Assembly: GCA_016181405.1 (NCBI GenBank)
Contig: JACOZJ010000002.1
Coordinates: forward strand, 10,608 to 74,607
Direction of reading: 5' to 3'
Length of the DNA stretch: 64,000 nt
DNA from: Candidatus Wildermuthbacteria bacterium
GTDB lineage: Bacteria; Patescibacteriota; Minisyncoccia; Minisyncoccales; UBA10102
The translations under genes and the position numbers were made by a program. The notes below the pieces were generated by a model. That model did not search any database. It saw only the letters and a list, made by a program, of their open reading frames with translations, and had not been told where the DNA came from. Positions 44,106-52,849 of this stretch are shown here, piece by piece. The first letter of the stretch is position 1, and each line of letters opens with the position of its first letter.

Positions 44106-44905
44106 AGAGAACGAATTTCTTCTATTGCCTGCTGATATTGTTCTTCATTTGGCGATTTATAGTGCCAATCTAACTTATTCTCCATATACGATACTCCCTT
44201 CCCGTTTATGGTGTGAGCCACAAGCACTGTGGGTTTCCCCTGCTCTTGCGGAATAGCTTTCAGCGCGCGCTCGAGCTCCTCATAGCTATGCCCGTCCACA
44301 CTTCCAGCGACCCACCCAAAGTCTTGCCATTTTTTCTCCAAAGGCTCCAAATTCAGGATATCGTTTGTTTTTCCAAAACCCTGAAACTTATTGTAATCTA
44401 CAATAGCAACAAGATTGTCCAGCTTATGATGACTGGCAAAGAGCGCCGCTTCCCACAAAGCACCTTCGTCGCATTCTCCGTCGCTCAAAAGCACAAATAC
44501 TCGCTCCTTTCCATTACCCCTCTTTTCAGCAAGCGCCATGCCGGCCCCAATAGACAAACCATGGCCAAGAGATCCTGTGGAGACTTCAACGCCGGGCACG
44601 CAATCTTTTGTGGAGTGGCCGGTCAATGTTCCTCCATCCGTACAATAGGAATCAAGAACCTCCGCAGGGAAAAATCCTCGCTCTGCAAGCGTGGCATACA
44701 GGGCCGAAGCCGCGTGTCCTTTACTTAGAATAAACCGATCGCGCGGCCCATGAGGATTTTTCGGATCTATTGATAAGATGCCAAAATACAAAACCGTGAG
44801 GATATCGGCACACGACAAAGCACAAGCCACATGAGAATTTTTGGCCAAAAATGCCATTCGCACGATATTCTCCCGAATCTGTTTTGCCAAACTGCTATAA
44901 TCCAT
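44102..44905 (-). CDS. Transketolase N-terminal (ThDP-binding) subunit
   Basis: SKGHAASALYATL, GSLGHGLSIGAGMA and LLSDGECDEGALWEAA. Confidence 0.88.
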   Translation of the reverse strand: MDYSSLAKQIRENIVRMAFLAKNSHVACALSCADILTVLYFGILSIDPKNPHGPRDRFILSKGHAASALYATLAERGFFPAEVLDSYCTDGGTLTGHSTKDCVPGVEVSTGSLGHGLSIGAGMALAEKRGNGKERVFVLLSDGECDEGALWEAALFASHHKLDNLVAIVDYNKFQGFGKTNDILNLEPLEKKWQDFGWVAGSVDGHSYEELERALKAIPQEQGKPTVLVAHTINGKGVSYMENKLDWHYKSPNEEQYQQAIEEIRSL

Positions 44906-46024
44906 TTACGAAACTCCAGTTAAATCCAGCACATTCTCTGCGACATAATCTGCCTGTTCTTTGGTTAAGGTCATTGGGCTCGGAAGATTAATCCCTCTCT
45001 GCCCCACAAATTCAGCAACCGGGTTCTCCCCCTTTATAAACATAGGAAAGTTGCTTATCGGAGGGAAAATAGGCCGTGTGTCTATATTTCTCTCTTTCAA
45101 TTTTGTCCTCAATTCTTCCCTGTCGATTTGAACGGTATCTTCTAAAAGTATAGAAGACATCCAGTGATTGGTTTTGGCCCAGTCTTTCTCCGCACTTAAG
45201 GTAATGCCTTTCTTCCCTCCAAGATTGGATGTATACCATTCATAAATGCGCCTTTTCTTCTCCAGCAGCTCGTTTATTCTTTCCAGCTGCGCCAAACCGA
45301 GAGCAGCTTGAATGTTAGACATCTTGTACTTATACGAGATTTCATTTATGTAAAATTGCCTATGAGAATCTCTCCCTTGATCGGCCAAGAAAGATGCTCT
45401 CTCGTATATCTTTTCATCGCTTGTGACCAGCATTCCTCCTTCTCCCGTAACCAATAATTTTGCTCCTTGGAAACTAAAGGCCGCCGCGTCTCCCAAACTT
45501 CCTGTTTTCCTGCCTTTGTATTCTGAACCAATAGAGGGAGCCGCGTCTTCCAGGATAAAGAGGCCATGCTCTTTCGCAATGCGTGTGATTTCGTCCATAT
45601 TGGCGGGGTGGCCATATAAATGCACAGGAAGAATCCCTTTTGTTTTCGGAGTTATCGCCTTTTTTAAGCTTTCGGGATCCATGGTCCACGTATCTCTTTC
45701 AATATCCACAAAAACAGGCGTGGCGCCCACATACATTACGACAGCAGCCGTCCCCCCCCAGGTTGTTTCAGGAACAATAATTTCATCGCCCTTGCCTACG
45801 CGCAAAGCTGCCAACGCTATATGCATGGCTCCCGTGCAAGAAGATGTGGCTATGGCATATTTTGTTCCCACGTATTCAGCAAATTTTTGCTCAAACTTTT
45901 TGAGGTAACCGTTCCAACTCTCATACCAGCCGTTTTTCACGGCATCCGTAACATAATCAATTTCTTTCTGGGTTATAGATGGCCCGGCCGTAAGTATCAT
46001 TTTGTCTATATGTTTCTCGTTCAT
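44906..46024 (-). CDS. DegT/DnrJ/EryC1/StrS-family sugar aminotransferase
   Basis: ATSSCTGAMHIALAAL, DEIIVPETTW and AFSFQGAKLL. Confidence 0.88.
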   Translation of the reverse strand: MNEKHIDKMILTAGPSITQKEIDYVTDAVKNGWYESWNGYLKKFEQKFAEYVGTKYAIATSSCTGAMHIALAALRVGKGDEIIVPETTWGGTAAVVMYVGATPVFVDIERDTWTMDPESLKKAITPKTKGILPVHLYGHPANMDEITRIAKEHGLFILEDAAPSIGSEYKGRKTGSLGDAAAFSFQGAKLLVTGEGGMLVTSDEKIYERASFLADQGRDSHRQFYINEISYKYKMSNIQAALGLAQLERINELLEKKRRIYEWYTSNLGGKKGITLSAEKDWAKTNHWMSSILLEDTVQIDREELRTKLKERNIDTRPIFPPISNFPMFIKGENPVAEFVGQRGINLPSPMTLTKEQADYVAENVLDLTGVS

Positions 46025-46034
46025 ATATTTATTT

Positions 46035-46730
46035 TTATTTGTTCTGCGTATCGTATTTTAGTTTTGTTATGCGAAATTGGCTAAAATATCTTTCGGCTTT
46101 TTCTTCAGAGTCGTTTTCTCTCTCCACCAACTGGACCATGGTTTCGCTCACCACTTTCTTGAGCGGTATATCTCTTACCTTTTCAAACCCGCACCGTTGA
46201 TACAAAACGATAGCTCTTTCGTTATCAGAAAATACCCGCAACGTAAGAGCTTGAAGCCCCAAGGCAGTGAATGACCAGTTCAATAAACTCTTAAGCGCCA
46301 TGGTCATAATTCCCGGCATTGCATCTTGTTTTCCTCTCATGACGTTGTCAATCTCGCATGAACGGTCTTCAAAATCGAATCGGTAAAGACCTATGTGACC
46401 GAGCAAGGAATCGTCTAAAGCTTGAATCCAAAACAAGATCCGATCTTCAGCTTCAATCACTTGGGCTTGCACCCACTTCTTTGTCCCTTCTTCTGTAACT
46501 TTAAATTGTGAAGGGAACCATTGGGCGTTTGCTTCCCGCCATTCGGCAAGAAACTTCACCTCTTCTTCGGTAAAGTCTGCGGTCAATGGCACTAGATGAG
46601 CTACCACTTCCTCTTTGTTATAAATCGGAATCATCAGCTTGCTGCCCCTGTCAAACTTAAGAGCTCTCAACGTCGACAAAACCTTGCTGCGAAATTCTGT
46701 ATTTTCATTTGTCATCAAGGGCTTATCCAT
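46035..46730 (-). CDS. GNAT-family N-acetyltransferase with an N-terminal extension
   Basis: GHIGLYRFDFEDRSCEIDNV...LTLRVFSDNERAIVLYQRCGFEKV. Confidence 0.8.
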   Translation of the reverse strand: MDKPLMTNENTEFRSKVLSTLRALKFDRGSKLMIPIYNKEEVVAHLVPLTADFTEEEVKFLAEWREANAQWFPSQFKVTEEGTKKWVQAQVIEAEDRILFWIQALDDSLLGHIGLYRFDFEDRSCEIDNVMRGKQDAMPGIMTMALKSLLNWSFTALGLQALTLRVFSDNERAIVLYQRCGFEKVRDIPLKKVVSETMVQLVERENDSEEKAERYFSQFRITKLKYDTQNK

Positions 46731-46766
46731 AGGAACTTTATATCATACAATATCCATCTTTTCTAC

Positions 46767-46794
46767 TTGACATTTTCGATAAATAATGTATATT
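46767..46794 (+). promoter_or_regulatory. Sigma70-like promoter of the GC-rich Nudix-fold cassette
   Basis: TTGACA (46767-72), a 16-nt spacer, then TATATT (46789-94). A TAGGAGGAAA SD precedes the ATG at 46839. Confidence 0.55.
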
Positions 46795-46838
46795 CTGCTT
46801 ACCGTAGCTGAGACTACGAACTCCATAGGAGGAAACCC

Positions 46839-47348
46839 ATGGACATCAATGGCGTTGATCTTTCAAAACTACCCCAGAGCGAGCTGAAGGTGCTCGCGGC
46901 ACGGGCCATACGGCTCGTGCAGAATCCCGAAAAGGGAATCGGCACAGAGCTCTTCGAGGCCTTGCTGAAGATCGTGCCTCAAGCCTGTGTCGAGACGGTG
47001 GTGGTGGATGACCTGAACCATCCCCACCGTATCTACCTCACGTGGCGGGAGGACGAGCATTACCGAGGTTGGCATTGCCCGGGCACCTACATTCGCCTCG
47101 GCGAGAGCTTCGAGGACGCCATCCGCCGCGTTCTCCAGCAAGAGATCAATGTGGAGCTCCGCAACTTTCGCTCCACAAAGATCCAGTACAGTCATGTAGA
47201 CTCCCGCGGCCACACCATCGGGACCGTCTGGCTTGTCCAGGCCGATGGAGAGCCGACCGGCGGGAAGTGGCTCCGCGTCAGCCAGCTCCCCGAGCCGACG
47301 CTCCCCCACCACGTCCAGTTCATCCAAGAGGTATTGAGCAAGCTATAG
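46839..47348 (+). CDS. Divergent Nudix-fold protein (GC-rich cassette)
   Basis: CPGTYIRLGESFEDAIRRVLQQEINVEL aligns to PGG....GES...A..RE..EE.G, but REUxEE is replaced by RRVLQQE. Confidence 0.6.
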   Translation: MDINGVDLSKLPQSELKVLAARAIRLVQNPEKGIGTELFEALLKIVPQACVETVVVDDLNHPHRIYLTWREDEHYRGWHCPGTYIRLGESFEDAIRRVLQQEINVELRNFRSTKIQYSHVDSRGHTIGTVWLVQADGEPTGGKWLRVSQLPEPTLPHHVQFIQEVLSKL

Positions 47349-47373
47349 CGCTCGCTCTCAATACTCCCATTGC

Positions 47374-47413
47374 ACCCACCGCGAGTTCTCCGGAGCTCTA
47401 GGTGGGTTTTCTT
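47374..47413 (+). terminator. Intrinsic terminator
   Basis: ACCCACC ... GGTGGGT stem (7 bp) followed by TTTTCTT. Confidence 0.6.
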
Positions 47414-47468
47414 ATATCTTAAAGTGCACTCCTTTTTTTATCTCTTCGAAAATCTTCTTTCATATGTT

Positions 47469-48224
47469 TCATAATACCCTTTGAATTTCAGCGACAATTG
47501 CCATATGGTCGCTTATCCCGTCTTGCAGGCGAACATTGGCACACTCATACTGTAGCGTAGTAAAAAGTCCATCAACCATTAACAATTTATTACGTACTTT
47601 TTCACCGTCGTGGTGTAAATTCGCATCAATGCTTGTGGCATAGTGCGCAGGAATATTGTCTTTATAGTATCTGGCTAATGTATCAAATGTCTCTCTGCCA
47701 CGAGGGGCATTGAAGTCGCCGACCAATACGGTTTCCGGGAATTTTTCAAGAGTACGCAAGAGACTGACCAAATCGTTTCTCTGCAAATCATCTGGCTCTC
47801 CATTTTGGGTCCATGTAAAATGTGTCGTTCCGACAACAAAGCTTTGGTCCCCTTTCTTGATGCTCGCGCACAAAAGCGGATGAGGATCGTCTCGAGAAAG
47901 ACCCTGGAACTCCCGCTGCTTTGCGGTTTCCTCGTCGCCCCGATAATATGGTCGCTGAACGCTTTGTATAGGCAGTCGAGAAAGTATTCCCACTCCATAC
48001 GGCGCAAAGGGCGGTTTTGTGTATTCACCTTTACCTATCAAACTCATCTGCGCGAACACGGCTTCCATTTCAAACTCCTTTGCGAATTCTTTTAAGTCCG
48101 CTTCACACACCTCCTGGAGGCACGCAATATCGGGTTTTTCTTTTTCCAAAAACGCCCGCACCAAACCGAGATGCTTCGCCAGCTCAATATTCACCGAAAT
48201 AAGTTTTATGCTATCTTTCTCCAT
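47469..48224 (-). CDS. Endonuclease/exonuclease/phosphatase (EEP) family protein
   Basis: IKLISVNIE...PDIACLQEV, VVGTTHFTW, LVGDFNAPRG and SDHMAIVAE. The ATG at 48224 lies 1 nt after the upstream stop, so the ORF-track extension was rejected. Confidence 0.82.
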   Translation of the reverse strand: MEKDSIKLISVNIELAKHLGLVRAFLEKEKPDIACLQEVCEADLKEFAKEFEMEAVFAQMSLIGKGEYTKPPFAPYGVGILSRLPIQSVQRPYYRGDEETAKQREFQGLSRDDPHPLLCASIKKGDQSFVVGTTHFTWTQNGEPDDLQRNDLVSLLRTLEKFPETVLVGDFNAPRGRETFDTLARYYKDNIPAHYATSIDANLHHDGEKVRNKLLMVDGLFTTLQYECANVRLQDGISDHMAIVAEIQRVL

Positions 48225-48225
48225 G

Positions 48226-49167
48226 TTACTTTTTATACCACTCAAAGGATTCGCGGATGCCTTGAGCAAATGTATACTTTTGCTGCCAGGCGAGCAAGCG
48301 CTTTGCCTTGCTCCAATCCAGATACTGTTTGGGGATTTCATTTTTTGCGGTGTTTAAGATATTATATGGGATTTTTACTTCCAGTATCTTTTCTATTTCC
48401 TGCACAACCTCAAACACGCTCAAGATATTGTCGCTTCCAAAATTAAACGCTTCCCCCTTGCTGTTCTCAATGTGCTGAGCAAGTTTTAGACATGCTTCTG
48501 CCACGTCTTTTGCATACACATACTCTCTGACCATTTTCCCGTCGCTCCGTATAACCAGCTCTTTATTCTTCAAAATAGCCTGAAAACAATCTGGAATAAT
48601 TCTTCCCCAATTACGGTCGCGCGGCCCAAACGTATTGCCGAATCTCGCAATAGTTACAGGCATTCCATACGTTTTAAAATAACTCTGGGCCGCCAGATCG
48701 CCGGCTGCCTTTGAAACTTCGTATGGGTGGTCTCCCCCGACCGGCATATCCTCTGTATAAGGCAGTATCTTCGATTTGCCGTATGCCTTATCTGAAGAAA
48801 CCACAACGATTGCTTCGATACCTTCTTGTGCTCTGCAGGCTTCCAACACATGCACAGTTCCCATAAAATTCACCTCGAGCGTTTCCAAAGGGTTTTCATA
48901 CGCGGTCTCCACAAGAGGCTGGGCAGCCAAATGAAAAACTGCCGAGGGCGCTTCCTTTTGGATTATGTCTCGTACCTCCTGTATATCTCTCACGTCTGCT
49001 TGATAAAATATGGCTTTGGAATTGAGGTTTTCCTTGCTCCCCGAAGACAAATTGTCCAGCACAACCACGCGGGCGCCCTCCTCAACAAGTCGATCCACCA
49101 CATGGCTGCCGATAAACCCGGCTCCTCCAGTAACCAAAACTGTTTTATCCTTGAGATTTATTTCCAT
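48226..49167 (-). CDS. NAD-dependent NDP-sugar epimerase/dehydratase (extended SDR). It is a candidate partner dehydratase for RfbF, but its specificity is unknown.
   Basis: KTVLVTGGAGFIGSHVVDRL, DNLSSGSKENL and the YEVSKAAGD (YxxxK) motif. The start is uncertain (49167, 49176 or 49194). Confidence 0.85.
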   Translation of the reverse strand: MEINLKDKTVLVTGGAGFIGSHVVDRLVEEGARVVVLDNLSSGSKENLNSKAIFYQADVRDIQEVRDIIQKEAPSAVFHLAAQPLVETAYENPLETLEVNFMGTVHVLEACRAQEGIEAIVVVSSDKAYGKSKILPYTEDMPVGGDHPYEVSKAAGDLAAQSYFKTYGMPVTIARFGNTFGPRDRNWGRIIPDCFQAILKNKELVIRSDGKMVREYVYAKDVAEACLKLAQHIENSKGEAFNFGSDNILSVFEVVQEIEKILEVKIPYNILNTAKNEIPKQYLDWSKAKRLLAWQQKYTFAQGIRESFEWYKK

Positions 49168-49958
49168 ACTTTCCATTTGGGATCTCTCTTCCACAACTCG
49201 TTTAACGCAAGAAAATCTTTATACGTATCCATGCCGTACCAGAAACCTTCATGCTTATACATCGCCAGTTCTTTTTGGGGGATAAGACGCACTAAAGCAT
49301 CTTCAATCATATCGCCTGGCTTCAAAAACTCGAAGAACCGCTTGTCAAATACCATAAACCCGCCATTTACATACTCATACAACATGGGTTTTTGATCGAG
49401 TTGAGTAATCATGCTGTCTGCGTCTGTATTGATAAGCCCCCACCTTGCAATTGGGTGAATGCCTGTGATAGTGGCAATTTTCCCATGATTCTTATGGAAC
49501 GCTACCAGCTTTTCAATATCAATGTCTGCCACACCGTCCCCGTAGGTTACCATAAACAAGTCGCTGTCTTTGAGATATTTTTGCAGCATCAATACGCGCT
49601 CTCCATGGGGCGTTTCCAAACCGGTTTCCCCGAAAATAATATGGAAATCTTCTTCCTCACGCTTTCCGTTATTCAAAAAATGGATCCTTCTATCTTCTCC
49701 AGTACTCATGGAAAAATCCTCCTCGTAATACCTTCTCTTCAAAAGGTAATCTCGTATAGAATCCCCTTTATACCCAAGCGCCAGCACAAAATCACGGAAT
49801 CCATAGTGAGCATATATTTTCATAATATGCCACAGAATGGGCCTCCCGCCTATTTCCACCATTGGCTTTGGCTTAAATTCGGTTTCTTCCTTGAGGCGCG
49901 TACCCATGCCTCCGCAAAGGATAACGACCGGAATAGTATTTTTTTGAGATGTTTCCAT
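49158..49958 (-). CDS. rfbF: Glucose-1-phosphate cytidylyltransferase (RfbF/DdhA-like)
   Basis: VVILCGGMGTRLKEETEFKPKPMVEIGGRPILWHIMKIYAHYGFRDFVLALGYKG. ATG at 49958. Confidence 0.88.
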   Translation of the reverse strand: METSQKNTIPVVILCGGMGTRLKEETEFKPKPMVEIGGRPILWHIMKIYAHYGFRDFVLALGYKGDSIRDYLLKRRYYEEDFSMSTGEDRRIHFLNNGKREEEDFHIIFGETGLETPHGERVLMLQKYLKDSDLFMVTYGDGVADIDIEKLVAFHKNHGKIATITGIHPIARWGLINTDADSMITQLDQKPMLYEYVNGGFMVFDKRFFEFLKPGDMIEDALVRLIPQKELAMYKHEGFWYGMDTYKDFLALNELWKRDPKWKVWK

Positions 49959-49971
49959 AAATGGCGCCAGC

Positions 49972-50997
49972 TTATGCGTCTTGGCAAGCTTCCACGAACA
50001 GCCGCGCAAAATGTTCTTTGGTAAAAGGCTTATAGTGCTCCGACTCCAAGAAACGGCGACCGTTTTCTTTATATGTTTTTATTTCTTCTTGCGATAGCTG
50101 TTTCAAAAACTTCCGCAGCTCTTCGTAGTTTCTGAAATCTCGCATATCAATAAAGCAATTTTTCGGGATATATTCTTCAATATCGGGCGCCCCCAAATAC
50201 AGGGGAACTGTTCCTGCGTAGAAGCAATCAAATATTTTGTCGGTGATATACCCTGGAAGCTCGCAGTTTTCGACAGCAAACGCAAATGTATATTGGCTTA
50301 ATGTTTTGTACTTATCCTCCACCGAACCCTTATAGGTTTTTCGTATTGCATCTCCCGCGAACCAATACGGGAAAAGGGGGCGGGCATCCCATCCAAAGCC
50401 GTACAAATCTATGTCATGCGTTTTGCCAAAAAACAGAATCGCCCGAACTCGCTCTGTAAGCAGTTCTTTGTAGCGCGACAGGGAGTTTCGGTTTGAATTG
50501 ATAAGAGTAAGAAACGCGCGGTTTTCATTTTTCCAATATTCAGGGAACAAACTCTCGTGTGCTTGGGGAGTGTGAAAATATTGGGCTTTTGTGCCGGGAA
50601 TTTTCCATGTGAAGAAAGCTTTGTCGTATGCGCGCATGGCGCTCTTTGCGATATAGCGAATCTCGGGCATTACAGTGGGCGGCTCAAAATGAAATAATAT
50701 TCGCTTTTTGAATTTTGCGAGATCCACTCGAGGGTATTGAGGATTTCTTTTGCGCCAGTACCATTTCCGCAAGAAAAACTTGTGATCAAAAGAAACATAT
50801 ACGTCTTGCGCGCCTGCCTTTTTGCGATCCCAGAAATCAATTGTCTGTAGATTAATTCCCTGCTTTGCGCAGTATTCGCTCAAAAAGATAACTGGCTCGC
50901 GGCAGTTGTTTGTATTATATCTATCACTTCTTTCAAACAACACATTCTGCAGATGCACGTATGAGTTTGGATCAAGATATACGTTTTGCATACACAT
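49972..50997 (-). CDS. GT10-family (alpha-1,3/4-fucosyltransferase-like) glycosyltransferase
   Basis: FAFAVENCELPGYITDKIFDCFYAGTVPLYLGAPDIEEYIP matches the GT10 FENS..DYVTEK...G.VPVY block. Confidence 0.78.
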   Translation of the reverse strand: MCMQNVYLDPNSYVHLQNVLFERSDRYNTNNCREPVIFLSEYCAKQGINLQTIDFWDRKKAGAQDVYVSFDHKFFLRKWYWRKRNPQYPRVDLAKFKKRILFHFEPPTVMPEIRYIAKSAMRAYDKAFFTWKIPGTKAQYFHTPQAHESLFPEYWKNENRAFLTLINSNRNSLSRYKELLTERVRAILFFGKTHDIDLYGFGWDARPLFPYWFAGDAIRKTYKGSVEDKYKTLSQYTFAFAVENCELPGYITDKIFDCFYAGTVPLYLGAPDIEEYIPKNCFIDMRDFRNYEELRKFLKQLSQEEIKTYKENGRRFLESEHYKPFTKEHFARLFVEACQDA

Positions 50998-52276
50998 AAT
51001 TAACTAATTCTGAAGCGCTCCCAAAATCGAATGTTTCTGTGTTCTCTCCTTCTTTGCGATATGTTCCCTTTCCAATGTCATGTATTGTCTCATCGAGCCT
51101 CTCTTCCGTATCTATATATTCAATACCCTCAAAATCCTTGTAGCTATCCCCTAGAAATTCATTATCTAAGTTGAGCGACAGGATGATTTTTCCAGGGTAC
51201 TGTTTCTGCGCGGTAAAAAGAGTTGTGCTTGGCAGTGAGATGCCCACAATACATTGGCTCATTTCAATATATTTCTCGGCTGGCTCTACGGGGTTCACAA
51301 CTGCAACACTCGGCGAAATTCTCTCAAGCGATTCTTTAATTTGCGCAGCTTCTTTTTCCGTAGGATGAGGTTTAATAAAAATTTTCCAGTCTCCAAGACA
51401 GGCTGCAATACGCTTTACAATAGAAACCCTTCTTCCCCAAATATCCTGTTCTGAAATAAGAGAATGGTCTTGCTCTCGAAACCCGACCTTCTCGCCTGGC
51501 CACATGATTGTTAAGGTCTTTGAATCTTCTCGTGTTTTTCCGTAAACAGAATAGGCTTTTTCAAAAAATTTCCTTGTCCCTGTATGCTCTAAAGGATGCC
51601 CAAGCACAAAAATCTTTTCTGGCCTCACCCCATCTTTTACGCAGAGATCACGGTCTCTTTTTGAGAAAACTGCAGAATAATCTGCATCACGCTTTCCTGA
51701 GCTCTCTTCCCAGAATATAAAACTCACTTTGCCGACAAACGGCATTTCCCCTGCTGCAAGCGGCAACATCCAGTGATACAACGCATACCCAAGAAATTTT
51801 TTTGCTTTTGCTATAGGCATCTTTATCGAAAGCGGCAAAAAACTCGGCATTCTCGCGCAGGAGTTTTGGTACGCCCAAGGAAGAAGTCTCTTTTGCTCTG
51901 CCATTTTAAACCCAGGCTGCATGGCGAGTGTAACTGCACGTGCTCTTTTCGCCAGTCGAAGCAAATACATTTCGGCAGGCCATAAATCACTTGGGGCGAC
52001 AACAACATCTGGCTTATACCTGCTAACTGCTTTTGCAAGGATAGCGTGCAATCGGATGTTTTTCCGAATCACATTTTTTCCGAACGGCGATTCGAAAAAT
52101 ATGATATTCTCCAATCCGGGAAACAAACCTTTGTCCTGAAGCAAACTCTTCGTGTGCTCATCCATGCCATCAGCCAGCAGCACTACTTGATGTTCCTGGG
52201 CAATTTCATACAAATATCCAACAAAGGTAGACCGGAGAAGGCGCGGATTTGTGGATTGAAAAAGAACTTTCGCCAT
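50972..52276 (-). CDS. Hypothetical GT-B-like protein, possibly a sialyl/ulosonic-acid transferase-like enzyme
   Basis: KIFIKPHPTEK (HP motif) and ISLPSTTLFTA (S-S/T motif) recall bacterial sialyltransferase families. The assignment is tentative. Confidence 0.5.
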   Translation of the reverse strand: MAKVLFQSTNPRLLRSTFVGYLYEIAQEHQVVLLADGMDEHTKSLLQDKGLFPGLENIIFFESPFGKNVIRKNIRLHAILAKAVSRYKPDVVVAPSDLWPAEMYLLRLAKRARAVTLAMQPGFKMAEQKRLLPWAYQNSCARMPSFLPLSIKMPIAKAKKFLGYALYHWMLPLAAGEMPFVGKVSFIFWEESSGKRDADYSAVFSKRDRDLCVKDGVRPEKIFVLGHPLEHTGTRKFFEKAYSVYGKTREDSKTLTIMWPGEKVGFREQDHSLISEQDIWGRRVSIVKRIAACLGDWKIFIKPHPTEKEAAQIKESLERISPSVAVVNPVEPAEKYIEMSQCIVGISLPSTTLFTAQKQYPGKIILSLNLDNEFLGDSYKDFEGIEYIDTEERLDETIHDIGKGTYRKEGENTETFDFGSASELVNYVYAKRIS

Positions 52277-52279
52277 ATC

Positions 52280-52846
52280 TTATTCAAACAGCGTACTTTC
52301 GATTAAATCCGATAGCGTATGAATAACAAGCGCATGCATTTCTTGAATGCGCGGAGTATCTTCTGCGGGAATATTAATCAGAAAATCGCACAGTTCCTTC
52401 ATACTTCCTCCCGACCTCCCTGTTAAGCCTACTACCTTGCAGCCAGCCTGCCTTGCGGCCTTTATTGCCTCCAACACATTCTCTGAATTGCCAGAAGTGC
52501 TTATCCCAAAGAAAACATCGCCTGGTCTGGCCAATGCTTCTACCTGCCTCGCGAACACATACTTAAATGCATAATCGTTTGAAATGGCAGTTATCGCCGA
52601 AGGATTTATGTCCAGCGCAATAACTGGCAGAGCTCTTCGTTCCTTTCTGAATCTTCCCACAAGTTCTGCTGCAAAGTGATGGGCATCTGCCACGGAGCCA
52701 CCGTTGCCCGCTACCAAAACCTTGTTCCCCGACCGTAAAGCTTCCACGCAAAGCACAGCCACGCCTTCAATGTCGGGCATCTCATTTACAAACTTACGTA
52801 CCGTATCAATATGGGCCTCTATGTGGCTTTTGATTATTTCTTTCAT
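52280..52846 (-). CDS. gmhA: Sedoheptulose-7-phosphate isomerase (SIS domain)
   Basis: VLVAGNGGSVADAHHFAAELVGRF and FGISTSGNSENVLEAIKAARQAG. Confidence 0.88.
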   Translation of the reverse strand: MKEIIKSHIEAHIDTVRKFVNEMPDIEGVAVLCVEALRSGNKVLVAGNGGSVADAHHFAAELVGRFRKERRALPVIALDINPSAITAISNDYAFKYVFARQVEALARPGDVFFGISTSGNSENVLEAIKAARQAGCKVVGLTGRSGGSMKELCDFLINIPAEDTPRIQEMHALVIHTLSDLIESTLFE

Positions 52847-52849
52847 GAT

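Noticed and set aside
43273-44256. Long plus-strand ORFs antisense to well-supported minus-strand genes. Examples are 43273-44256 (327 aa), 8389-9141 (250 aa), 37717-38478 (253 aa), 12693-13373 (226 aa), 26075-26716 (213 aa) and 49392-50024 (210 aa).
   Set aside because: Each lies entirely opposite a gene with clear family motifs (transketolase, pgk, methyltransferase/GT-B-like gene, sigma-r4 protein, FN3 protein, rfbF). Their translations are low-complexity (Ser/Pro/Arg/Phe-rich) with no recognisable domains. They are typical shadow ORFs.
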